Shown here: positions 18,510-27,342 of the stretch, piece after piece
How the letters are laid out: each line of letters begins with the position of its first letter
Position numbering within the stretch: the stretch's first letter is position 1
Origin: an uncultured Chloroflexia bacterium
GTDB lineage: Bacteria > Chloroflexota > Limnocylindria > Limnocylindrales > CSP1-4
Length of the DNA: 64,000 nt
Direction of reading: 5' to 3'
Assembly (NCBI GenBank): GCA_963828165.1
Contig: CAWHDR010000001.1
Coordinates: 2,080,001-2,144,000 of the forward strand
Made by a program: the position numbers and the translations under genes
The notes under the pieces: generated by a model
What the model was told of the DNA's origin: nothing
Seen by the model: the letters and a program-made list of their open reading frames with translations, nothing else
Database searches by the model: none

Positions 18510-19853
18510 TCAGTCGACGGGCGCGAAGTAGTGCTTGTCTACCCACTGGGCGACCTTCTTGCCGAGCCATGCGCCCTGCTCGTCGGCGCTTCGGAAGTGG
18601 AAGCCGATGAGGATGCGGCCTTCGATGGCGTCTTTGATGATGCCGGTGAACCGCGTATAGCTCCGCGTCACCGGTTGTGGCAGCGGCGCGGCTCCGGCGC
18701 TCATGACCTGGAAGGACATCTTGTCGGTCCCGAAGTACTGCCTGGCGGCGTAGAACCAGCCGGCAGCGAAGCAATTGAAGCCGGACGGATTGTCCGGGTA
18801 TCCCGGGTTCTGGAACTGGGCGGTCCAAGTGGGGTCCGCCACCGTGTCCGGATTACCGTCCTGGTCCGCCAGGCGGATAGCCGTCTGCGGTCGCCACTGC
18901 AACCAGCGTTCCTTGTTGTCCCAGCAGCCGATCAGGGCGTCGGCCGCCGATATGCTCGACCTGACGAATAGCATCGCCTGCTCGGCAGTCGATAGGCCGT
19001 TCGCCACGGCGATCTCGCGCAAGGTTCGATTGAAGGCCGAGAACAGATTGAAGGAGACGAAGCTGGCGAGACGGTTCTGCTCGTCGGTGCGGGCGCCTGG
19101 GACCGCGTTCGATCCCAGCCGCTTCACTTCGTTGAATTCCGCCGCCCACTCGGGGCTTGCCAGGTCATATGGCCCCTCCGTGCGGTACTGACCCGTGCTC
19201 TTCAGCGTGAACGGACGGACGTTGGCGACCCAGGCGAACACGTTCGCATTGGCGGTCTCGACCGGGCGCCATTCGCCCTTGAGCGTGCCGATCGGCCAGG
19301 TCGCTGAGCCCTGGAAGCGGCCGTCAGTGGAGCGATTCCCGTTCATGGCGGTCGCGGCTGCCCGGCCGATCGCGATTCCCTGCGTCTTGGCCGTGCCCGC
19401 GGGGATGTCGAGCATGTAGAGCCGATACTGCTCAGCCACGTTTGCCCGCATGGCTTCGGGGGCGTTCGGTGGGAGTGGTGGAAGGCCCAGGAGCACGTCA
19501 TGGGCAGCCGTGGCGACGGCGGCGGCCATCGAGGCGCCAGGCGTCGAGGGCAGGCCGCCTAGATATGGCCGGTGCCCGCCGTCGATGGCATTGACCGCGT
19601 CATAGACGGCCCCTTGCACCATCGCCAGGTGGATCACGGCGAGCGGAGGCGGCTGGCCGAGGCCGGGGATCGCATTGCTCGGCGGGTTGCCGATGGCGTT
19701 GACCGCGTTGATGTTCCAGTCGAGCACCGGGTTCGCCTGCTCGGCTGCTGCCACGGACGCGGCCGGGACCAACCCGGCGACCGCGATCATGACGACCGCG
19801 GTGACACTCGCGAACCATCGCTTGGCCCTTGATCGGTGACGTGATCGGACCAT
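18510..19853 (-). CDS. secreted vanadium-dependent haloperoxidase / PAP2 superfamily protein
   Basis: Signal peptide; LAMVQGAVYDAVN, K-x6-RP (KERWLQWRP), PSG(F), R-x5-HF (RILIGFHF). Confidence 0.85.
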   Translation of the reverse strand: MVRSRHRSRAKRWFASVTAVVMIAVAGLVPAASVAAAEQANPVLDWNINAVNAIGNPPSNAIPGLGQPPPLAVIHLAMVQGAVYDAVNAIDGGHRPYLGGLPSTPGASMAAAVATAAHDVLLGLPPLPPNAPEAMRANVAEQYRLYMLDIPAGTAKTQGIAIGRAAATAMNGNRSTDGRFQGSATWPIGTLKGEWRPVETANANVFAWVANVRPFTLKSTGQYRTEGPYDLASPEWAAEFNEVKRLGSNAVPGARTDEQNRLASFVSFNLFSAFNRTLREIAVANGLSTAEQAMLFVRSSISAADALIGCWDNKERWLQWRPQTAIRLADQDGNPDTVADPTWTAQFQNPGYPDNPSGFNCFAAGWFYAARQYFGTDKMSFQVMSAGAAPLPQPVTRSYTRFTGIIKDAIEGRILIGFHFRSADEQGAWLGKKVAQWVDKHYFAPVD

Positions 19854-19995
19854 GACGTCCCTCCTTGCAGGGATCGGGCACAGGGGTCCTATGGCCGCTG
19901 TCGTTCGGTCCCTCGATGTAACGGCGTCCGGGAGGGCCGATTCGGTTCATTCTTTCCCCGTCACTGTCCGATTGCCGACACGAAGTGAGGGCACG

Positions 19996-20370
19996 ATGGC
20001 GAAGCTGGTGCCGTTCGACGACCTGGAGCACGGTCCGCATGCCCACGAATTCGTGGGCGCCGAGCACGGCGAGGTCCCGTTCTCGGTCATCCTCGTGCAC
20101 TCGCGGCCGGGCGTCGGCCCCAAGCTCCATCGACACCCGTACCCGGAGGTCTTCGTCGTCGAATCCGGCCAGGCCACATTCCAGATCGGCGAGGAGACCG
20201 TGGTCGTCGACGGCCGCCACATCGTCGTCAGCCCGCCGGGCGAGGCGCACGGGTTCACGAACACTGGGACGGACGAGTTGCGACTCACGGCCATCCATGG
20301 CGCGGGGCGGTTCGCCACGGAGTGGCTGGCCGGCCCGGATCCCACGTGGACCTCCAAACCCAACGACTGA
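19996..20370 (+). CDS. cupin domain protein
   Basis: GPKLHRHPYPEVF, PPGEAHGFTN. Confidence 0.9.
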   Translation: MAKLVPFDDLEHGPHAHEFVGAEHGEVPFSVILVHSRPGVGPKLHRHPYPEVFVVESGQATFQIGEETVVVDGRHIVVSPPGEAHGFTNTGTDELRLTAIHGAGRFATEWLAGPDPTWTSKPND

Positions 20371-20400
20371 CTTGCAATGTGCAAGTGACGAGCGTAGGTT
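20370..20400 (+). promoter_or_regulatory. palindromic operator overlapping a sigma70-type promoter
   Basis: ACTTGCA-ATG-TGCAAGT (20370-20386); TTGCAA-N17-TAGGTT. Confidence 0.6.
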
Positions 20401-20428
20401 GGGGCACACAAGGAGACCACTACCCCAC

Positions 20429-20812
20429 ATGAACGACCAGATCCTCCACTCCCTCGCCCGCGGCCACCGCATCGACATCACCACCACCGGCCGCAAGACC
20501 GGCGAACGGCGTCGCATCGAGATCGTCTTCCACAACATCGACGGCCGGCTGATCATCACCGGCACACCGCGGTCGGATCGAAAGCGCGCCTGGCTGCTCA
20601 ACCTCGAGTCGGACCCGCACCTCACCTTCCATCTCAAGCGCGCCAGCGCCCAGGCGGACCTCCCGGCCACGGCCCGCGTCATCACCGACCCGACGGAGCG
20701 CCGCTCCATCGCCGACTGGGTCGTGGCGAATGCCTGGAACGGGATGGACGTCGACGCGATGGCGGCATACTCACCGATGATCGAGGTCACGATCCAGGAC
20801 CTCGCCGCCTGA
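20429..20812 (+). CDS. deazaflavin-dependent nitroreductase (DDN)-like protein
   Basis: ITTTGRKTGERRRIEI...WLLNLESDP; AAGGAG RBS. Confidence 0.8.
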   Translation: MNDQILHSLARGHRIDITTTGRKTGERRRIEIVFHNIDGRLIITGTPRSDRKRAWLLNLESDPHLTFHLKRASAQADLPATARVITDPTERRSIADWVVANAWNGMDVDAMAAYSPMIEVTIQDLAA

Positions 20813-20822
20813 GGTCATCGCG

Positions 20823-21311
20823 TTGTCCTATCCCGAGCCGCGCTACCACGGCGACAACGGAGAAGCCAGCGCCCGACTCCGGCTGGCCGACCAGGCGCCG
20901 GACGTGACCTACGCCAACGGAGGGACGGCGCACTTCCTCGCTACGACCGACTCGACCGACGGCCAATTCGGCCTGTATCGATGGGAGATGTCCGCCGAGC
21001 CAAGCGGCCCTGGCCCGCACTTCCACAGGACGATCTCGGAGTCGTTTTACGTCCTCTCTGGCACGGTCCGGCTCTTCGACGGCAACGACTGGATCGACGG
21101 AACGCCGGGTGACTTCCTGTTCGTACCCGAAGGGGGCATCCATGGCTTTCGCAACGAGTCAGGCGAGCCGGCGACGATGCTGTTGCTCTTCGCCCCGGGT
21201 GCCCCGCGCGAGGACTACTTCGAGACGCTCGCCCGGGTCTCGAATGGCGAGGTGATGACGGAGGAGGAACGGCTGGCGTTCTACCTCCGCCACGACAATC
21301 ACTGGGTCTGA
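20823..21311 (+). CDS. cupin domain protein
   Basis: GPGPHFHRTISESFYVL, VPEGGIHGFRN; TTG start. Confidence 0.88.
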   Translation: MSYPEPRYHGDNGEASARLRLADQAPDVTYANGGTAHFLATTDSTDGQFGLYRWEMSAEPSGPGPHFHRTISESFYVLSGTVRLFDGNDWIDGTPGDFLFVPEGGIHGFRNESGEPATMLLLFAPGAPREDYFETLARVSNGEVMTEEERLAFYLRHDNHWV

Positions 21312-22237
21312 GGCCGGGCCTCGCGTAGCTGCTCCATGATCGGGTGGAACGCCTCCAGGCCCTGAAGAGAATTCGGGCGCAGCTGGACCTGGAGATGGTC
21401 GAGGCCGAGATCGGCGAACGCCCGGAGCTTCGAGGCGATCTCCTCAGGGTCGCCGCGGATCTCCTTCGCCTCGGCGGCGATGTCCGCCGCGACCGTCCGG
21501 ACCAACACCTCCATCGACCTTGTGAGCGTGGCTGGATCCCGCCCCGCCGCGCGACAGATCTCGTCCATCTCCTCGAGCATCTCGGGCAGCTCGTCGAGGC
21601 TCCGCATGCCGCCGTTCCAATGATCCGCCATCTCGGCCGTCAGGCGGAGCATCCGCGGGCCGTTCGCGCCGACCATGACCGGCAGGCCGCTCGGACGCGG
21701 GCCGCGCGGCTCAATTCGCGCGCTGCGGGTCTGGATCGTCGAACCGTCGTAGGTCGATGAGCCGTGGCGGAGCATGTCGGTGACGATTCGTAGGGCATCC
21801 TCGAACCGTCGGAATCGGTCGTCGAACGGAACGCCGTAGCTCGTGTATTCGGGCTCGTTCCAGCCCGCTCCGAGACCCAGGATGATGCGGCCGCCGCTGA
21901 CTTCGTCGAGCGTCTCGGCCATCTTGGCGAGCAGCGCCGGGTTTCGGAACGAGACCGCGAGGACGTAATTGCCGAGCGCGACGCGCTCTGTGGACGCCGC
22001 CAGCGCCGACAGGAGCGTCCACGACTCCCAGGCGCCGCTCCACTTCCCGGCCGGATTCCCGAACCCGATGTGGTCAGAGATCCAAACGGCATCAAAGCCC
22101 ATCGACTCTGCCGCCTGGGCCATCGCCAGGACATCGGACCAGCGCGGCGTCTGCCCGTCCATCGCCCCCTCGACGTAGGGCAGGTTGACCCCGAGCTCGA
22201 TGGGTCGATGAGGACGACGTGTGGCACTGGCCGACAT
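21299..22237 (-). CDS. LLM-class flavin-dependent oxidoreductase
   Basis: GFDAVWISDH, FRNPALLAKMAETLDEVSGGR, GLGAGWNEPE. Confidence 0.9.
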   Translation of the reverse strand: MSASATRRPHRPIELGVNLPYVEGAMDGQTPRWSDVLAMAQAAESMGFDAVWISDHIGFGNPAGKWSGAWESWTLLSALAASTERVALGNYVLAVSFRNPALLAKMAETLDEVSGGRIILGLGAGWNEPEYTSYGVPFDDRFRRFEDALRIVTDMLRHGSSTYDGSTIQTRSARIEPRGPRPSGLPVMVGANGPRMLRLTAEMADHWNGGMRSLDELPEMLEEMDEICRAAGRDPATLTRSMEVLVRTVAADIAAEAKEIRGDPEEIASKLRAFADLGLDHLQVQLRPNSLQGLEAFHPIMEQLREARPQTQ

Positions 22238-22362
22238 GTCGGCCACCGTAGCAGCCCGCGCGCGGGACCGGACCATCGACTCATCGGCTCGTCTCAGCGA
22301 TGCCGACGCCCGCGCGGTGGCATGATGCCGGTCAAGGACTTGTCTCGCGGGAAAGGACTCGC

Positions 22363-22731
22363 TTGGCCCCACCGACCACCGTCGACGAGTACATGGCGGC
22401 CTTGCTTCCTGAACGTCGGGCCGCCATGGAGCTCCTCCGATCCACGATCAAGGCCGCCGTCCCCGAGGCGATCGAGGTCATCTCCTACAACATGCCGGCC
22501 TTCAAGAGCCACGGCGGCCAGTTCCTCGTCTCTTACGACGCGTACAAGAAGCACTACAGCCTCTTCCCGGCGAGCGAGGCGGTCATCCTGGCGTGCGGCG
22601 ACGAACTGACGCCACACCTGTTCGGGAGCGGGACGATCCGCTTTCCGGCCGACAAGCCGATCCCCGTCGCGCTCGTGACGAAGATTCTCAACGTCCGTTG
22701 GGCGGAGAACGCCGCAGCCGAGCGGCGCTAG
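22363..22731 (+). CDS. DUF1801 / iron-chaperone YdhG-like protein
   Basis: TVDEYMAAL...EVISYNMPAF...GTIRFPADKPIP; TTG start after AAAGGA. Confidence 0.85.
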   Translation: MAPPTTVDEYMAALLPERRAAMELLRSTIKAAVPEAIEVISYNMPAFKSHGGQFLVSYDAYKKHYSLFPASEAVILACGDELTPHLFGSGTIRFPADKPIPVALVTKILNVRWAENAAAERR

Positions 22732-22738
22732 GCGCTGG

Positions 22739-23395
22739 TCAGAAGTCCTCGCTGGCGTAGTCGAGGTCGTCGGGTCCGAGGATGTCCCGATAGAGGACGC
22801 TGCGAGGATCGTCGCTGACCCCGAGCCCGTAGTAGAGGATGCCGAGGTTCTTCGTCACCATCTTGCGGAGGCGCTGGCTCCGTCGCTCCTCGGTCGCGAA
22901 GCCGTCCTCCATGCGGGCGGACGAGACGATCGCGAGCGTGCCGCCGGAACGCAGGCCGTAGGCATATCCCCAGGTATTGGCGGCGATATACATGTCGATG
23001 TCGGTCAGGCCGATGACGACGGCGTTCGGATCGGCTGCGACCACGTCGGTGGCGGCGATCGCGTCGAGCAGGCGTTCCGCGATGAGCTGGTCGCGTTGCG
23101 CGTCCATCGCTCCCGCGGGAATGCTGATGGACGGCAGGACCTCGACGGCCAGGTCGAACTTCTCGAGGTAGTGGACGACGAGGGCATCGGCATCGGCACG
23201 CGGGAAGTCGCCGAAAGGCGCCAGGTAGACCGCGCGCTCGACCGGCGGACTCGGGACGCCGATCGGTGACGCCGGGCCGATGGCGATGTCGTCGGGTGCC
23301 GGTCGAGGACCGACGCTGCCGAGCATGACCACGTACCCGACGAGCACGACGATGGCGAAGAGCGCCACGGCCAATTCGGCTCGATAGTTCGCCAT
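22739..23395 (-). CDS. membrane-anchored archaemetzincin (M54)-like protein with degenerate zinc motif
   Basis: N-terminal TM; VIGLTDIDMY, AIVSSARM, RLRKMVTKNLG...GL...DPRSVLY. Confidence 0.7.
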   Translation of the reverse strand: MANYRAELAVALFAIVVLVGYVVMLGSVGPRPAPDDIAIGPASPIGVPSPPVERAVYLAPFGDFPRADADALVVHYLEKFDLAVEVLPSISIPAGAMDAQRDQLIAERLLDAIAATDVVAADPNAVVIGLTDIDMYIAANTWGYAYGLRSGGTLAIVSSARMEDGFATEERRSQRLRKMVTKNLGILYYGLGVSDDPRSVLYRDILGPDDLDYASEDF

Positions 23396-23449
23396 TCGCT
23401 CGATGGTACCGGCTCGTCTCGGAGTCGCCGACCGCCCGAATGTCAGGGG

Positions 23450-23489
23450 TTGACGTCACACACTGTGTGTCGCACACTGTACGGCAGAC
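23450..23489 (+). promoter_or_regulatory. probable PadR operator / leaderless promoter
   Basis: TTGACG followed by repeated CACACTGT units immediately before the ATG. Confidence 0.45.
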
Positions 23490-23855
23490 ATGACAACGAC
23501 CGACCCCAAGCCAGAAGCCGGCGACGTCGCGTTCGAGAACCTGCGTCTCGAGCTGCGCCGCGGCGCCCTCGTCCTCGCTGTGCTGGCACGGCTTCGGACG
23601 GAGCACTACGGCTATGCGCTGCGAAAGGCATTGACGGAGCAGGGGATGGACATCGACGAGAACACCCTTTACCCGCTGTTGCGCCGGCTGGAGACGCAGG
23701 GTCTCCTGGACAGCGAGTGGCGTGAGGAAGACCGGCGCCCGAAGCGCTTCTACCGACTCTCGGCGGACGGCAAGACGACCTTGGAAAGGCTCCTCGAGCA
23801 GTGGGCCGACCTCGACGCCTCGCTCCGCCGCATCAACACCGAGGACCCGACATGA
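23490..23855 (+). CDS. PadR-family transcriptional regulator
   Basis: LELRRG...HYGY...ENTLYPLLRRLE...RPKRFYRL. Confidence 0.92.
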   Translation: MTTTDPKPEAGDVAFENLRLELRRGALVLAVLARLRTEHYGYALRKALTEQGMDIDENTLYPLLRRLETQGLLDSEWREEDRRPKRFYRLSADGKTTLERLLEQWADLDASLRRINTEDPT

Positions 23856-24874
23856 CCCCGATCGTTCGCTACCTGAATGCCGTCCGCGACCACCTCCCGC
23901 GGGGGGAACAGGACGACATCATCAACGAGCTGTCGGACAACCTTCGCTCGCGATTCGAGGACGAGGAAGCCGCCCGAGGCCGGCCGCTGCAGGAGGAAGA
24001 GGAAGTGGCGATCCTCAAGGAATTCGGGCACCCGATGGCCGTCGCGGCGCGCTACCGCGGCGATGAGCGCACGGTCACGTTCGGGCGCCGTCTGATCGGC
24101 CCGGAGCTCTTCTCGATCTACATGAAGGTGCTGGCCATCAACGTGGCCGTCACCCTGCTCATCGGCATGATCGCGCTGGTGGCGGGCGCCACGCTCTGGT
24201 CCGGCTTTGCCGGCATCCTCGTGCCCCTCGCGATCCAGTTCATGATCGTGACCGCGATCTTCGTGTGGATCGATCGACGCTGGGTGCGCGATCCCGATGG
24301 CTGGGACCCACGGACGGTGAACGCGATGGGCCCCGACATCGACGTCTCGACCCTCGATGGTCTTGCCGTCCAGTTGCTCGGGAAGGAGTACACGCGCTCC
24401 GTGTCCGTGGCGGCGTCCGTCCTGGAGATCGGTGTGCTCGCGATCGTGTTGACCGTGGCCGTGAACATCGGCTTGCCGGACCAGATCGGGTTCATGGAGC
24501 CCGGGCCGGGATGGAGCGCCGTCTACGTGCCGGCGATCGCGGTGATCGTGCTCGCGTTCCTGACACCCATCGTGAACATCATCCGCCCGCGGTGGACGCG
24601 GTTCCGGGTCGCGTCGCACGCTGCGGTCGACTTCGCGGTGATCATCATCGGCACCGCATCGCTGATGCTGGGGGATTGGGTCGTCATGGCCGACGGGGCG
24701 TTCCCCACGGGCGAAGAGGCGAACCTCATCTCGACCATCAACGCCATCGTCCGGATCTCGATCGCGGCGACGATCGTCCTCACCTCGATCACCGCCGCAC
24801 TCGAGGTGCGGCGGTTCGTGCGGATGGGACGGGCGGTCGAGCCTCCCGCTACGCAGGCCCCATCGGGCTCATGA
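23852..24874 (+). CDS. PadR-associated membrane protein (HAAS-like N-terminus)
   Basis: RYLNAVRDHLP...DIINEL...FGHPMAVAARY; about six TM segments; ATGA overlap. Confidence 0.8.
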   Translation: MTPIVRYLNAVRDHLPRGEQDDIINELSDNLRSRFEDEEAARGRPLQEEEEVAILKEFGHPMAVAARYRGDERTVTFGRRLIGPELFSIYMKVLAINVAVTLLIGMIALVAGATLWSGFAGILVPLAIQFMIVTAIFVWIDRRWVRDPDGWDPRTVNAMGPDIDVSTLDGLAVQLLGKEYTRSVSVAASVLEIGVLAIVLTVAVNIGLPDQIGFMEPGPGWSAVYVPAIAVIVLAFLTPIVNIIRPRWTRFRVASHAAVDFAVIIIGTASLMLGDWVVMADGAFPTGEEANLISTINAIVRISIAATIVLTSITAALEVRRFVRMGRAVEPPATQAPSGS

Positions 24875-25208
24875 GCTGGAAGTAGTTGTCGTCCGGATCG
24901 GCGAGCGTCGCGATCTGGTCGACCGCGCCTTCGAAACCGTACGGTTCCGCGACGACGATCGCGCCGGCGGCCTTGAACTTGACGAAGTCACCCTGCACGT
25001 CGGCGGTCTCGATGTTCCAGAGGATCCGCCCCGGCGCAGCGTTCTTGCCCTTGACCTGGTCGTGCGGGCCGACGGTGACCCAGCCCGTGCCGAGCTGCCA
25101 GCCGGTGTACCCGCCGTCGGACATCGCCGGCTCACCGAAGAGCTTCGTGTAGTACTCGACCAGGCGCGCCGGGTCCTCGGACCCGATGAGGATGCTGTTC
25201 AAGTTCAT
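24849..25208 (-). CDS. VOC/glyoxalase family protein
   Basis: ILIGSEDPARLVEYY...IATLADPDDNYFQL; GGAGG RBS. Confidence 0.85.
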   Translation of the reverse strand: MNLNSILIGSEDPARLVEYYTKLFGEPAMSDGGYTGWQLGTGWVTVGPHDQVKGKNAAPGRILWNIETADVQGDFVKFKAAGAIVVAEPYGFEGAVDQIATLADPDDNYFQLMSPMGPA

Positions 25209-25323
25209 GTGGCCTCCCAAGTCCGATCTAATCCTGACACGCCCAAGGATGACCCAATGCGGGAATGCGTGCGTCGCTCTCGAGTGACCGAAAACGCCCC
25301 GACGCGCGCAGATACCGTGGCCG

Positions 25324-26247
25324 TCAGCTGGCCGGCAACAGGCCCCGGACGACATCGACCGCGTCGTCCATCGAGCCGGACAGCACGACCGACCCAGTGC
25401 CGCCGACTTCGTGGGCGCGCCGCCCTCCAACGGCGACGGCTAACCGTCTCGGGGATGTGCGCAGCGCGGTGACCACTTCCGTCGCCGCCGGCACGTCGGA
25501 TGCATCGATGACCCCGACCACAGCCACCGGTGCGCGTGTCGTCTGGGCGGCAACGAGCCAGCTCGCCAGCGGGACGTCGGCGCCGAGGTAGATGGTCTCG
25601 AGGCGCCCGCGACGGGCGGCTATCGCGAATGCGAGGGCACCGATCTCGTGGTGGCAGCCGGGCGGCAGGCCGACGATCACTTGCGGCGCGGACGAGGACA
25701 CCACCAATTCGTAGAACCGGACCAGCCGCCGTCGGATCGTCTCGCTGGCCGCGTGCTCCATCGACACATCGATCGATCCCTCGGACCAACCCTCGCCGAC
25801 GCGTCGGAGGGCGGGGAACACGATGTCCTCGAGGGCCGCCTCGAATCGCTGTGCCGCGAACGCCTCGTCCAATAGGCGATCCATCTTCGCGACGTCGAGG
25901 GCGCTGGCAGCCGTGACGAAGGCGTTGACCAACTCACCGCTCCGGGTCGGCGTCGAGATCGTGATTTCGGGAATGGCCGTAGCGTCAGGTGCCGCGGTTG
26001 CTCGGTCGATCAGCGCCGCGAGCTCAGCACCGCCGGCGCGGACCTGATCTGCGGCCTGGCTGGGCCGAAGTCCTTGTCGCTCGACGAGGTGGCGCATCGC
26101 GATCAGTCGATCGATCGCCGCGTCGTCGTACAGCCGGTAGCCCGCCGGGGTTCGCGCCGGGTCCACGACGCCATAGCGGCGCTCCCACGCGCGGACAGTC
26201 GGCACGTTCAGCCCGCTGCGGGCGGCGGCTTGCTTGATGGTGTACAT
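25324..26247 (-). CDS. CarH/LitR-like MerR-family regulator with cobalamin-binding domain (paralog of 7048-7980)
   Basis: MYTIKQAA...VRAWERRYG...GYRLYDDAA; W-x9-EH (WSEGSIDVSMEH); HHEIG; IYLGADVP. Confidence 0.9.
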   Translation of the reverse strand: MYTIKQAAARSGLNVPTVRAWERRYGVVDPARTPAGYRLYDDAAIDRLIAMRHLVERQGLRPSQAADQVRAGGAELAALIDRATAAPDATAIPEITISTPTRSGELVNAFVTAASALDVAKMDRLLDEAFAAQRFEAALEDIVFPALRRVGEGWSEGSIDVSMEHAASETIRRRLVRFYELVVSSSAPQVIVGLPPGCHHEIGALAFAIAARRGRLETIYLGADVPLASWLVAAQTTRAPVAVVGVIDASDVPAATEVVTALRTSPRRLAVAVGGRRAHEVGGTGSVVLSGSMDDAVDVVRGLLPAS

Positions 26248-26335
26248 GGTTTGCGTAGAGTAACACGTCACAGACATTTGACAAAGGTTCCACATTGCCC
26301 GTAAAGTGGTAGCCACCCTAGACAAAGGGTGCACA
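26241..26335. promoter_or_regulatory. divergent promoter with CarH-type 11-bp direct repeats
   Basis: TTGACA (26278)-N18-TAAAGT (26302); nnnACA units at 26267/26278/26289 and 26319/26330, 11 bp apart. Confidence 0.7.
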
Positions 26336-26401
26336 TCCGCTCCGCCCCGCTCGCCGGCAGCCGCAGGCGGCCAGAGCCCAAGCACCAGAGGAGACACATC
26401 G

Positions 26402-27280
26402 ATGAACCGACGGATCCACCCCGTACTCCGCGTCCTCGCGGCCGGAATCCTCACCCTCTCATTCGCGGGAACCGCCACTGCGGCTGACACGGCTATGGTC
26501 CGCGTCCTGCACGGGTCGCCAGACGCCCCCGCGGTCGACGTTCACGTCGACGACGCCATCGTGGACGCACTCACCAACGTGCCGTTCGGGACGATCTCCG
26601 ACTACCTGGAGATCCCGGCCGGGGAGCACAACGTCAAGGTCTTCGCCACCGGCACGACTGACAGCCCGGTCATCGACGCCGAAGTCACCGTCGCGGCGGG
26701 CGCCAAGTACACGATCGCCGCCACCGGCGCGGTCGCCTCCATCACCGCCCAGGTCCTGGAGGACGAGCCCGAACCGAATTGCGACAACGCCTCGGTTCGC
26801 GTCGTCCATTTCAGCGCCGACGCTCCGGCCATCGATGTGGCGGCCACCGGTTCGGATCCGGCCGATGCCGTGGTCAAGAACCTCGAGTATCCAAACGCCA
26901 CCGCCTACGTCGCCCTTCAGGCAGGCTCCTATGACCTCGAGGTCCGCCTCGCGGGGACGACGACCGTCGCGCTCGATCTTCCGGGTGTCGAAGTCGAGTC
27001 GTGCAATGCGTACAGCGCCTTCGCAATCGGCTCCGCCGCCTCGCCGGCGGTCGGCGACAATGCCCTCCGGGTCGTCGTGGCGGTCGATGCGACCACGTCC
27101 GAATCGGGCGCCGGCATGACGCCACCTCCGACCGACACGGTCGCGCCCGAAGCCTCGATGACGGCCGAAACCGCCGGCTCGGCGGCCGCCGTGGCGCTGC
27201 TAGCGGTCGTCGGCCTCGCCACCTCCGCGCTGACCGCACGGCGTCTCGCCGCCAGCCGCTCGGCACACGACGAAGAATAG
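26402..27280 (+). CDS. DUF4397 domain surface protein with C-terminal PPTDT-TM-basic tail
   Basis: Signal peptide; two VRVLHxSPDAPAVDV-type repeats; TPPPTDT + hydrophobic helix + RR. Confidence 0.9.
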   Translation: MNRRIHPVLRVLAAGILTLSFAGTATAADTAMVRVLHGSPDAPAVDVHVDDAIVDALTNVPFGTISDYLEIPAGEHNVKVFATGTTDSPVIDAEVTVAAGAKYTIAATGAVASITAQVLEDEPEPNCDNASVRVVHFSADAPAIDVAATGSDPADAVVKNLEYPNATAYVALQAGSYDLEVRLAGTTTVALDLPGVEVESCNAYSAFAIGSAASPAVGDNALRVVVAVDATTSESGAGMTPPPTDTVAPEASMTAETAGSAAAVALLAVVGLATSALTARRLAASRSAHDEE

Positions 27281-27342
27281 TCGTTGGCCTGCAGCGGACC
27301 CGACTGATCTCTTTCGGCCGGGTCCGCGCATCCCTTGGCACG

